A DNA stretch of 45,903 nucleotides from Candidatus Falkowbacteria bacterium LH_S3 (GCA_023659985.1 JAGXOH010000002.1:1-45903), one strand, 5' to 3'. Positions 18,349-26,429 are shown, counted from the stretch's first letter. Translations and numbers: made by a program. Notes: a model not told the origin generated them from the sequence alone.

Positions 18349-18512
18349 TTAAGCAGAGCTTAATTGTTGAAAGTTGAAAGTTGAACGTTGAAAGAATAAT
18401 TTGCCTTCAGCAAATTGTTGAACGTTGAACGCCTAATGCCGAAAGCATTCTTACAGCTTACAGCTTTTGGCAATTTGCTGAAAGCAAATTTTCTAGCCTC
18501 TGCTTAATTTAA
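18349..18512. other. Inverted-repeat-bounded multi-hairpin element (candidate structured RNA or MITE) upstream of rpmH
   Basis: Closing IR taaattaagcagag / ctctgcttaattta. Three internal hairpins: aatttgc-cttca-gcaaatt, aatgc-cgaaa-gcatt and aatttgc-tgaaa-gcaaatt. GTTGAA(A/C) word repeats. A related half-element lies at 38700-38770. Confidence 0.4.
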
Positions 18513-18588
18513 GGATGCTTGCTTAATTCAATAAACCATGTTATTGTTATAAAAATGTTTTAAAAATAAGATAATTTAAATATAATAT

Positions 18589-18726
18589 ATGCCTAAAAGA
18601 ACTTATCAGCCCAAAATTAGGCGAGGAAAGAGAAAACACGGTTTTTTGAAGCGAATGCGAAGCAAAGCTGGTAGACTTGTGCTTAAAAACAGAAGGCAAA
18701 AACAAAGAAAAAGGCTTTCCATATAG
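18589..18726 (+). CDS. rpmH: 50S ribosomal protein L34 (not in the supplied ORF track)
   Basis: Hand translation: [45 protein letters not shown], then TAG. The L34 consensus MKRTYQP...HGF..RM....GR.VL..RR.KGR..L is evident. The gene lies upstream of rnpA-yidD-yidC, as in most bacteria. Confidence 0.9.
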   Translation: MPKRTYQPKIRRGKRKHGFLKRMRSKAGRLVLKNRRQKQRKRLSI

Positions 18727-18820
18727 TTCAATCGCAAATATAAAGCTTTTTAAAAACGTAATATTACGTTTTTTATTTTTTGTCATAGCAACATGATAAT
18801 TTTATGGCCCGCGCAATATA

Positions 18821-19150
18821 GAAATGTCATACAATAAAATCCAAATGACAAAGTCCTAATGTCAAATATCAAAGCTTAAAACTTAAAGCTAAAAACTAAA
18901 AACTACAACTTAAAATTAAAAATTAAAAACTACAACTTAAAACTTCTTACTTTTTACTTCTTACCTCTTACTTTTTAACAATGTTTTAATTCAGTTTTGA
19001 ATTTTGAGTTTTGGTTTTGCGTTTTGCGTTTTGAGCTTTGAATTTCAACTATATTTCATTTATCATTAGGATTTTGGATTTCATTTGTCATTAGGATTTG
19101 GTCATTGGTCATTTATTTTAATAAAGTCCTAATGTCAAATGTTGTAACCT
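18821..19150. repeat. Full copy of the long palindromic low-complexity repeat: A-rich arm, TCTTAC-type centre, T-rich arm
   Basis: Left arm aaatccaaatgacaaagtcctaatgtcaaat...aaaacttaaagctaaaaactaaaaactacaac. Centre ttcttactttttacttcttacctcttactttttaacaatgttttaattca. Right arm gttttgaattttgagttttggttttgcgttttg...ggattttggatttcattt, roughly the reverse complement of the left arm. An 18-nt direct repeat aaagtcctaatgtcaaat occurs at 18850-18867 and 19123-19140. Confidence 0.85.
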
Positions 19151-19287
19151 TGTAAATTATAAATTATAAATTAATGGTAATCAGAGAATAAATCCAAAAA
19201 TTAATTAAAATTCATCGGTATGAAATTTCTAAATTGCCTTGACAACGTTTTTTATTTTTTAGTTAATTGGTATATAATGGATTATGA

Positions 19288-19659
19288 GTGATAGGTCAGT
19301 TATTGTTTTTAAATATGTTAAATAAAAAAAATAGGTTAACCAAAAAAAAAGAGATAGATTTGGTTTTTAACAAGGGTAAGAGTGGTTACAATAAGTATTT
19401 CGGAATAAAGATTGTGGAAAACAGATTAGGGTTTAGCAGGGTGGCTATAATTATTGGTTTAAGAGTAAGCAGAAAAGCTGTAACAAGAAATAAGGTCAAG
19501 AGAATAATAACCCACATATTAAAACAAGAATTTCCTGACTTAAAATCCACTTATGATATAGTAGTTGTGGTGTTGCCTCCGACTGTCAATCTTAGTTTTC
19601 AAGAATTAAAATATTCCATCCATTCCAACTTTTCTAAATTAGGGGTTTTTGAATTTTGA
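19288..19659 (+). CDS. rnpA: Ribonuclease P protein component (likely true start ATG at 19315)
   Basis: KKNRLTKKKEIDLVFNKGKS...SRKAVTRNKVKRIITHIL (RNase P protein RNR-like basic motif). Synteny rpmH-rnpA-yidD-yidC. The track start is GTG. Confidence 0.8.
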   Translation: MIGQLLFLNMLNKKNRLTKKKEIDLVFNKGKSGYNKYFGIKIVENRLGFSRVAIIIGLRVSRKAVTRNKVKRIITHILKQEFPDLKSTYDIVVVVLPPTVNLSFQELKYSIHSNFSKLGVFEF

Positions 19660-19662
19660 TAT

Positions 19663-19917
19663 ATGATTAAATTTAAATATTACCCTAGATATATGGTTGT
19701 GGAAGTATTGCGTTTATATCAAAAGACGTTTTCCTTTGATTATGGTATTTTTAAGTACCTTTTTCCTTACGGACATTGCCGTTTTCATCCTACTTGTTCA
19801 CAATATGCTATTCAGGCCATTACTAAATACGGAATTATTAAAGGAGGCATAAAGGCTTGTTGGCGAGTTTTGAGATGCAATCCGTTCAATAAAGGCGGTT
19901 TTGATCCTCTTAAATAA
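19663..19917 (+). CDS. yidD: Membrane protein insertion efficiency factor YidD
   Basis: [44 protein letters not shown]. Confidence 0.9.
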   Translation: MIKFKYYPRYMVVEVLRLYQKTFSFDYGIFKYLFPYGHCRFHPTCSQYAIQAITKYGIIKGGIKACWRVLRCNPFNKGGFDPLK

Positions 19918-19940
19918 TTAAATGATTTAATTCAATTATT

Positions 19941-20714
19941 ATGGTTAATTTTTTTACAATTATTTTTTATCAACCCATATTAAATTTATTGATTTTTCTT
20001 TATAATGTTGTTCCAGGATCTGATTTAGCTATTGCCATAATTCTTCTTACGATTATTATTAAGTTAATTTTATATCCTTTATCTAAGCAGTCTATAAAAG
20101 GTCAAAAATCATTACAAGAAATCCAGCCCAAAATGGAAGAAGTAAAGAAAAAATATGCTAATGACAGAGAAAAAATGGGAAAGGAAATGATGCAACTTTA
20201 TAAAGATCACAAAGTAAATCCATTGTCTTCATGCTTTCCTCTTTTGTTGCAATTGCCTTTTTTAATAGCTGTTTTTCATGTGTTCAGAAACGGATTTAAC
20301 TCTAAAGTATTAGATCTGATATATCCTTTTATCTCTACTCCGGAAACGGTTACTAGTATTATTGAATTGTCTCAGCCAAATTGGTATTTGGCTCTTTTAG
20401 CTGGAGCCGCTCAATTTTGGCAGGCTAAGATGATGATGGTTAAAAAACCTGAAGTTCAGAGTAAGGGTTCCAAAGATGAAGGCATGGCTGCTATCATGAA
20501 TAAACAGATGGTTTATTTTATGCCCTTAATAACTGTTTTTATTGGTTTAACCCTACCCGGTGGTGTAACTTTGTATCTTTTTGTGGTTACTATTTTAACA
20601 GCTTTACAACAAAAAATAATGTTTAAAAGCAGTGATAGTAATTCCGGAGATAACAACAATCATAAAAATATTTCTTCTAAAGAAGGTTCAGTAGAAGGGG
20701 AGATAGTAAAATAG
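19941..20714 (+). CDS. yidC: Membrane protein insertase YidC (short Oxa1/YidC2-type)
   Basis: LAIAIILLTIIIKLILYPLSKQS, QPKMEEVKKKY, NPLSSCFPLLLQLPFLIAVF and GVTLYLFVVTILTALQQ. Confidence 0.85.
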   Translation: MVNFFTIIFYQPILNLLIFLYNVVPGSDLAIAIILLTIIIKLILYPLSKQSIKGQKSLQEIQPKMEEVKKKYANDREKMGKEMMQLYKDHKVNPLSSCFPLLLQLPFLIAVFHVFRNGFNSKVLDLIYPFISTPETVTSIIELSQPNWYLALLAGAAQFWQAKMMMVKKPEVQSKGSKDEGMAAIMNKQMVYFMPLITVFIGLTLPGGVTLYLFVVTILTALQQKIMFKSSDSNSGDNNNHKNISSKEGSVEGEIVK

Positions 20715-20716
20715 AT

Positions 20717-22150
20717 GTGAAAAAGTTATGATAATGTCCTAGTACGGTGAAGTAGAAATGTCCTACCTAATGTGATAAGGTATTTAGTTATTTACTAAAT
20801 ATTTAAATCACTATGGATAATTACATCACTATGTCACAAAAAGAAATCAACAAATATGATATTATTAAAAAATTAATAAATAAAGAGTTGAATGGTACAG
20901 AGGTTTCTAAAATTCTAAATCTATCCACTCGTCAAATCAGACGGTTAAAAAGAAAAGTACAAGACCAGGGAGCTAAAGGATTAGTCCATGGTAGTCGAGG
21001 GAGGTCTAGTAATAGAGCTACGCCAGAAAAAGAAAAAGACAAAATAATCAAACTATTACATAAACACTATCATGATTTCGGACCGTTGCTTGCTTCAGAA
21101 AAACTAGAGAGAATACACAGCATAAAAAAAGACAAAACAACTATTAGGGCTATTATGATCAGTGAGGGTCTCTGGAAGCCAAAACGAAAGAAAAAAGAAA
21201 CTCATAGATCATGGCGACAAAGAAAAGCAAGTAGCGGTGAGTTGTTGCAATATGATGGTTCATATGAATACTGGTTTGAAAATAGAGGTAAAAAATGTTG
21301 TCTACTATCCTGTGTAGACGATGCTACGGGCAAAGTATATGCCAAGTTCGATGAACATGAAGGCGTAGAGCCGACATTTAACTTCTGGCGTGATTATATC
21401 ACAGAGAACGGCAAGCCATATGCTATATATGTTGATAGATTCAGTACATATTCAATGAATCACAAGCTAGCCAGTGAAAACGAAGATACTCTAACTCAGT
21501 TCCAAAGAGCAATGGAAACAGATTTAAATGTAGAAATAATTCATGCTAAAAGCCCAGAGGCCAAAGGAAGAGTGGAGGTATTATTTAAAACATTACAAGA
21601 CAGATTAATTAAGGAACTTAGACTACAAAATATATCAACACCAGACAAAGCAAATGAATTTCTGAAAAATATATACCTAGAAGAGTTTAATCAAATGTTT
21701 AATGTCGAACCCAGAACAAATGCAAATTTACATAAAAAATTAATCAAACAAGAATTAGACAAATTAGATTCAATATTTTCTAGACAATATCAACGAGTAG
21801 TTAGGAATGATTTTACTATCCATCACAAAAAAGAACGGTACCAGTTATTAAAAGAACAGTCAGTAACGATATGCAAAAAAGATAAAATAACCGTGGAAGA
21901 GCGGATGGATAACACTATTCAGTTTCGTCTCAGGGGAAAGTATTTAAACTATTCAGTATTACCAGAAAATCAACAAAAAGTATCTCAAGAGAAAATATGG
22001 GTATTACCGAAAACAACTGCACATACACCGCCATCTAATCACCCATGGCGATAAGCAGCTAAATTAGAATATCTTAAAAAATTAACAAAAATGTCCAGGT
22101 AGGACATTTCTAAATCACCCAAAGTAGGACATTTCTACTTCACCTTTACA
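20717..22150 (+). mobile_element. ISNCY (IS1202-group)-like insertion sequence at the yidC stop codon
   Basis: A single transposase ORF. Perfect 21-bp inverted repeat ggtgaagtagaaatgtcctac (20746-20766) / gtaggacatttctacttcacc (22124-22144). The extra subterminal motif aatgtcc / ggacatt is repeated. Flanked by a 17-bp direct repeat gagatagtaaaatagat at 20700-20716 and 22151-22167. Confidence 0.75.
20813..22054 (+). CDS. ISNCY/IS1202-group DDE (rve-type) transposase
   Basis: N-terminal HTH LNGTEVSKILNLSTRQIRRLKRKVQDQGAKGLVHGSRGRSSNR. DDE region YDGSYEYWF ... IYVDRFSTY ... SPEAKGRVEVLFKTLQDRLIKELRLQNIST. Confidence 0.85.
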   Translation: MDNYITMSQKEINKYDIIKKLINKELNGTEVSKILNLSTRQIRRLKRKVQDQGAKGLVHGSRGRSSNRATPEKEKDKIIKLLHKHYHDFGPLLASEKLERIHSIKKDKTTIRAIMISEGLWKPKRKKKETHRSWRQRKASSGELLQYDGSYEYWFENRGKKCCLLSCVDDATGKVYAKFDEHEGVEPTFNFWRDYITENGKPYAIYVDRFSTYSMNHKLASENEDTLTQFQRAMETDLNVEIIHAKSPEAKGRVEVLFKTLQDRLIKELRLQNISTPDKANEFLKNIYLEEFNQMFNVEPRTNANLHKKLIKQELDKLDSIFSRQYQRVVRNDFTIHHKKERYQLLKEQSVTICKKDKITVEERMDNTIQFRLRGKYLNYSVLPENQQKVSQEKIWVLPKTTAHTPPSNHPWR

Positions 22151-22283
22151 GAGATAGTAAAATAGATTGACAAATAAAAATAGACATGCTATCACAGTAC
22201 TTAGAATTAGTAAATAATAGGATTCTTAAATTCCAAAAAATAAAAATAAAAATAAAAAAGCGTTACTTATTTTTGACAAAAAT

Positions 22284-22865
22284 TTGAAAAAAGGAAGCGC
22301 TGCATTCATTAAAATGAACATTTTAAAATGTGATTGGAATAGCTTATTTTGGGTTCTGGCAAGTAGAATAATAGCTTTTGTGGTTTTGTTTATATTTGTT
22401 TTTGATATGTTATTTTTCCCCATACCTTCCATAGCTGGGGCTCAATCAAGCATACAATCAAATATTGCCCTAAAAGCCCGTATTGTTGAAAAAACTGAAA
22501 AACAAGACAGGGAAGTTGCGCAAACAAAGTACTTGCCTTTAAATAAAGATATAAAAACTCAAAAAGCCATTAGAATCTCTTTAACTGCTTATACCTCTAG
22601 TATAGAAGAGTGCCAAGGAGATCCATGTATCACCGCTAATGGTTTTAATTTATGTAGACAGGACCAAGAAGACACTATCGCCACCAATAGATTGCCACTG
22701 GGAACCAAAGTGAAAATCCCGGAATTATATGAGGATAAGGTGTTTGTGGTTAGAGATAGAATGAATAAGCGTTACTACAATAGGGCCGATATTTGGATGC
22801 AAGAAAAAGAAAAGGCTATACAATTTGGAATTAAAAGAAATGTAAAGCTGATAATAGTTGAATAA
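22284..22865 (+). CDS. Secreted or membrane-anchored 3D-domain (MltA/RlpA-like fold) protein
   Basis: C-terminal AYTSSIEECQGDPCITANGF...IATNRLPLGTKVKIPELYEDKVFVVRDRMNKRYYNRADIWM. The true start may be an internal Met. Confidence 0.65.
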   Translation: MKKGSAAFIKMNILKCDWNSLFWVLASRIIAFVVLFIFVFDMLFFPIPSIAGAQSSIQSNIALKARIVEKTEKQDREVAQTKYLPLNKDIKTQKAIRISLTAYTSSIEECQGDPCITANGFNLCRQDQEDTIATNRLPLGTKVKIPELYEDKVFVVRDRMNKRYYNRADIWMQEKEKAIQFGIKRNVKLIIVE

Positions 22866-22891
22866 GTTGATTTATATTATATAAAAAGTAA

Positions 22892-22917
22892 AACAGATCT
22901 TAAGGTCTGTTTTTTTG
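22892..22917 (+). terminator. Rho-independent terminator candidate after the 3D-domain gene
   Basis: acagatc-ttaa-ggtctgt stem-loop followed by a T7 run. Confidence 0.5.
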
Positions 22918-22989
22918 TCCTTTTTTATTAACAAATTATAAAAAGTTGATAAAATTGTAAAATGGTTTACAATAAGTAAATAGACAATC

Positions 22990-23061
<72 letters not shown>

Positions 23062-23108
23062 CCTTATTGAAAAATTGTAAGAGTTTATTGTTTTAGTATA
23101 AAAAATTA

Positions 23109-23372
23109 TTTAAGTCTAGGCATACCTGGACTTAAATAGAGAATTTTAAGTTAAAGCTTTAATTTTTATAATTAAAGATGATTAAGAGTGAATATTTATG
23201 TTTTGATTTTAACTTAGTCTAGGTAAAAGTGGACTAAAGTTAGGAGCCGTAAAAAAGAAAAATTATTTATAATATACTTAAGTCCACATTTATGTGGACT
23301 TAAATTGTGGAAAACTTGTGATTTATGTGAATAAAAATACTAGTTAAGTCCACGCATATCTGGACTTAAGTT
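23109..23372. repeat. Four dispersed copies of the TTAAGTCCA..TGGACTTAA hairpin family, downstream of tRNA-Cys
   Basis: Hairpins at 23109-23136, 23211-23241, 23277-23304 and 23343-23372. The stem core AGTC(C/T)A / TGGACT is the same as in the array at 3354-3550. Confidence 0.8.
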
Positions 23373-23393
23373 GTGGATAAAATTGTGGATAAA
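23307..23393 (+). promoter_or_regulatory. Cluster of co-oriented DnaA-box-like 9-mers
   Basis: Perfect TGTGGATAA (complement of TTATCCACA) at 23373-23381 and 23385-23393. One-mismatch versions TGTGGAAAA (23307-23315) and TGTGAATAA (23327-23335). Confidence 0.4.
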
Positions 23394-23463
23394 AATATTT
23401 TTATTGTAAAATTGCCTAATATTAGATAAATTGTTTTAATAGTTTTGCACAATAAAAAAGGGG

Positions 23464-23492
23464 TTGACTTGATTGTAAAGATGTGGTATCAT
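23464..23492 (+). promoter_or_regulatory. Sigma70-like promoter candidate in the long intergenic region
   Basis: TTGACT, 17-nt spacer, TATCAT. Confidence 0.35.
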
Positions 23493-23771
23493 AATAATAG
23501 AAGTTTCAAAATTTGTTCTTTTCATCCTAAGTTTTAAAAGGAAGTTTTCTAATTTTTATTAGAGATCCTCCCTTGCTTTCTACTAATTTTCTACTAATCT
23601 TTTAGATTAGTAAATTAAATAAAAAAATAAAAATAAAAATAAAAAAGAGCTGGGTAAAAAAGCTCAGTGCAGATTGGTAGAAAGCCAATTTTGAACAAAG
23701 GTATCCGGAGCTCAAAAAACGGATATCTTAGTTCAATAAAAGAGGGTAAAACCTAAAAATTATAAAAAAGT

Positions 23772-23822
23772 CCGGGTAAAGCCACAAAAATCAAAAAAAA
23801 AGCGGCTACCCGGGTTTTTTAT
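23772..23822 (+). terminator. Terminator-like hairpin with T-run
   Basis: ccgggtaaagcc ... ggctacccgg stem (7 bp, AA bulge, 3 bp) around an A-rich ~20-nt loop, followed by gtttttt. Confidence 0.4.
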
Positions 23823-23833
23823 TGGTTTTAAGA

Positions 23834-23862
23834 TTGACAAGTTTTAATATTTGTGCTATATT
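23834..23862 (+). promoter_or_regulatory. Strong sigma70-like promoter candidate ~265 nt upstream of the lipoprotein ORF
   Basis: TTGACA (23834-23839), 17-nt spacer, TATATT (23857-23862). Confidence 0.45.
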
Positions 23863-24126
23863 AAAATATCAATTGAAAATGAAATTATTTCATTATTTAA
23901 TTGTTCAGAATGGTTCTTTGATAAAACAAAATTGGTGGAAAATTCAGTTTTGCCACTTCTTCTATAAAGAGTGCAGAGGATATTTCTAGTAGAAGTATCT
24001 TGCGCTCTCTTTATATAAGATAGAGATGGTGAAATCAGCGGCCAAAGAACTGCTGGTATTCCACGCTCTTGAGACTATGCTTTGGGATAAATCCAAGTCT
24101 CTTGGGCAAAAAACAAGGAGGGAAAA

Positions 24127-24576
24127 ATGAGAATAAAATATTTTATTTTAGTTGCAATGGTAATGTTTATTGCCTCAGGATGCGCGACTAATGCGCGTCT
24201 GTGGCAGTTAGACAACGGAGCTACATTCAGTTCCAATGGGTTCATAGGACCTAAGGAAATGAGTGAGGCACAGATAAACATGGCTATTGCTGAGCAGATC
24301 AGCAATAATAGCCAAGTAGCTGAATTTGCCGGTGAACATACCGGAGTGATAATAAATTTAGAAACTGAGAAGAGTTTCTATTTTTATCATCCGAACCGGA
24401 GCGAGATGATAAAGATACAACCCAAAGGTTGTAGATTTATAAAAAGCCCTGATATTCCTGATCGCATCTTCGGTAAGTTTAGCAACGAAGAAGGAATAGA
24501 GGAGTTCAAAATCTACAAAAAAAGCAAAGTCTATGATAGTATTAAAATCGACTTTGGTTGTAGAGTAAAAAATTAG
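24127..24576 (+). CDS. Hypothetical lipoprotein
   Basis: Signal peptide ending in a lipobox-like IASGC. AGGAGG Shine-Dalgarno sequence 6 nt upstream. No family recognised. Confidence 0.6.
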   Translation: MRIKYFILVAMVMFIASGCATNARLWQLDNGATFSSNGFIGPKEMSEAQINMAIAEQISNNSQVAEFAGEHTGVIINLETEKSFYFYHPNRSEMIKIQPKGCRFIKSPDIPDRIFGKFSNEEGIEEFKIYKKSKVYDSIKIDFGCRVKN

Positions 24577-24603
24577 AACTATCAATTACCATTTAGAACT
24601 TTA

Positions 24604-24631
24604 AGAGCTGACTTAAGTCAGCTCTTTTTTT
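24604..24631. terminator. Bidirectional terminator between convergent genes
   Basis: Near-perfect palindrome agagctgactt/aagtcagctct followed by a T-run. An A-run precedes it for the opposite strand. Confidence 0.6.
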
Positions 24632-24633
24632 AT

Positions 24634-25047
24634 TTATGGGGGATAGCTTTGTCCCCCTCCGTTTGTGGTGCTATGATGCAGAGCTCCAAGCACGAAAGAG
24701 GTTATGGCATAAGCCATCATTATTATTACTAAACCTATTATTGCGTGTTTAATTTGGCTTTTTGCTTTATTTAGTTCTTCTTCATTGCCTCCAGCTGTCA
24801 TCCATCTATAACCGGCAATTAAAATTAAAATTATGAAAATAATACCCAGTAAAGACAGAATCGCCCCTATTGCGGTAGCTATTATCCCACCAACAGTGGT
24901 ATCATTGAAGCCGGATTTGGTTTTAAAACTTTCGGTTTGGTTATTAAGCTCGGTAGTGTTAATAAGATTGGCTTGGGCACAAGAAAGAAATCCGCCTGAA
25001 GCAAGAACGATTGCAGTTATAAGAAAAAATTTTTTAAGAAAATTCAT
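24634..25047 (-). CDS. VirB2/TrbC-like pilin paralogue 6 (Patescibacteria T4SS-pilin-like)
   Basis: Signal peptide, N/T-rich variable segment, then GGIIATAIGAILSLLGIIFIILILIAGYRWMTAGGNEEELNKAKSQIKHAIIGLVIIMMAYAITSF. Confidence 0.7.
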   Translation of the reverse strand: MNFLKKFFLITAIVLASGGFLSCAQANLINTTELNNQTESFKTKSGFNDTTVGGIIATAIGAILSLLGIIFIILILIAGYRWMTAGGNEEELNKAKSQIKHAIIGLVIIMMAYAITSFVLGALHHSTTNGGGQSYPP

Positions 25048-25066
25048 ATTAATTTTTGCTAAAATA

Positions 25067-25513
25067 TTAACTTCCTAAAATCAGGTTTTCTAAAATAAAA
25101 GTCCATATAGCGTAAGAGCCGACTACTATGATAAGACCGATTATAGCATGCCTGATTATACTTAGACCTTCTTTTGCCCTTTCTTCATTGCCTGAAGCTG
25201 TCATATATTTAGTTCCTCCTGTAATAGTTAAGATAATAAATATAATTCCAAGTAAGCTTAAAAATCCCTTGACAGCAGTACCTAAAATTTCTGAAACAGT
25301 GGTTTGGTCATTTTTCTTATAACCTCCTTCTGAGCCAGAACCGACATTTTCCAATCTTGTCGAGGCAGAGGGCATACTTTCCGAGGCAGGGGACTCATCG
25401 TTGCTCCCCCTGGCTGTATTAATAAACAAAAAAGATGGAGCAATTAAAACCCCTACTAAAGATACTAAAACAAGAAAATGTTTCAAGTGTTGTTTCTTTT
25501 CAAGAATAGACAT
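25067..25513 (-). CDS. VirB2/TrbC-like pilin paralogue 5
   Basis: Signal peptide, S/E/G-rich variable segment, then LGTAVKGFLSLLGIIFIILTITGGTKYMTASGNEERAKEGLSIIRHAIIGLIIVVGSYAIWTF. Confidence 0.7.
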   Translation of the reverse strand: MSILEKKQHLKHFLVLVSLVGVLIAPSFLFINTARGSNDESPASESMPSASTRLENVGSGSEGGYKKNDQTTVSEILGTAVKGFLSLLGIIFIILTITGGTKYMTASGNEERAKEGLSIIRHAIIGLIIVVGSYAIWTFILENLILGS

Positions 25514-25527
25514 GTGGTTTAATATTT

Positions 25528-25989
25528 TTATTTTAAAGTGTTCTCTCCTAGTTGTTCTATGACTAACACGCTAATAGCATAGGCGGCAACTACTATAATA
25601 AGGCCGATGGTGGCTTCAGTTAATATTTTTTTGGCTTCGTCTACTTTTTCTTCATTGCCTCTGGCTATCATCCATAAAAATCCGCCATAGATCATGAGTA
25701 TAAGGAAAATAACACCTAAAAAAGATAAAGCGGCTTGAATAGCAGTTTGTATAATTGGATTAGGGGATGTTTTGGAAGTATCATAACCAGCCTTTTTGGC
25801 AGCGCTATCAAGAGGGTCATTGTTACTTCCATCACTTATTTGAAAGGCATTTTGGAGACTATCTCCCCCATTATCTCCCCCATTATCTGCATTAACAGAA
25901 TTCAAAGGAAAAATTAAAGATATTGCTATAATAGTAATAAGAATCGGGAATAAAAAAATTTTTTTTGGGAGTTGGTGCTTTGAAAACAT
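25528..25989 (-). CDS. VirB2/TrbC-like pilin paralogue 4
   Basis: Signal peptide, DNGGDNGGDS repeat-containing variable segment, then ALSFLGVIFLILMIYGGFLWMIARGNEEKVDEAKKILTEATIGLIIVVAAYAISVL. Confidence 0.7.
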   Translation of the reverse strand: MFSKHQLPKKIFLFPILITIIAISLIFPLNSVNADNGGDNGGDSLQNAFQISDGSNNDPLDSAAKKAGYDTSKTSPNPIIQTAIQAALSFLGVIFLILMIYGGFLWMIARGNEEKVDEAKKILTEATIGLIIVVAAYAISVLVIEQLGENTLK

Positions 25990-25999
25990 ATATTTAATA

Positions 26000-26389
26000 T
26001 TAAATAAAATTCTTTCCTATAAAAGCTGTTATAGCATAGGCGGCAACTACTATAACAAGGCCGACAATGGCACCAGTTAATATTTCTTTGGCTTTGCCTA
26101 TTTTTTCTTGATTTCCAGCAGCTGTCATCCATAAAAATCCACCATAGATCGTGAGCAACAGAAAAATAACTCCTATAAAAGATAAAATTGCGCCAATTAT
26201 AGAACCTATTGCTCCTGGAAGTTTTCCTGGGCTGAATATTTCCATCTCTTCATGACCAGTACTTTTTGCAGTAGATTTTATTCCGCTGTCTTTTGTAAAA
26301 TCAAAACTTTGAGCAAAAAGAGGCATTACCAATAAAATACCTGTTAGTGTTGAGAAACACATTAAGCGAAGTTTTGCCTTTAAAAACAT
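26000..26389 (-). CDS. VirB2/TrbC-like pilin paralogue 3
   Basis: ILSFIGVIFLLLTIYGGFLWMTAAGNQEKIGKAKEILTGAIVGLVIVVAAYAITAF. Confidence 0.7.
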   Translation of the reverse strand: MFLKAKLRLMCFSTLTGILLVMPLFAQSFDFTKDSGIKSTAKSTGHEEMEIFSPGKLPGAIGSIIGAILSFIGVIFLLLTIYGGFLWMTAAGNQEKIGKAKEILTGAIVGLVIVVAAYAITAFIGKNFI

Positions 26390-26429
26390 AGGATTATCTG
26401 TCTTTTAAAATATTAGTCAAACAACAACT

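Noticed and set aside
18547-18786. A 79-aa minus-strand ORF.
   Set aside because: It is antisense to the clearly recognisable L34 gene (18589-18726, plus strand), which explains the open frame.
18727-19287. Replication origin in the rpmH-rnpA spacer.
   Set aside because: I found no DnaA-box 9-mers there. The spacer is explained by a copy of the palindromic repeat family. The only perfect DnaA boxes are at 3497-3505 and 23373-23393.
23764-23822. AAAAAGTCCGGG ... ACCCGGG resembles the two P4 strands of RNase P RNA.
   Set aside because: The two strands are only about 35 nt apart and simply form a local hairpin followed by a T-run. The roughly 250 nt of specificity and catalytic domain expected between P4 strands is absent.
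25926-26132. A 68-aa minus-strand ORF, plus plus-strand ORFs at 24833-25078, 25128-25322, 25735-25917 and 27009-27239, overlapping the pilin genes.
   Set aside because: These are alternative-frame or antisense readings of the pilin genes. The pilin frames carry signal peptides and the conserved WMTAAGNE core, and these ORFs do not.
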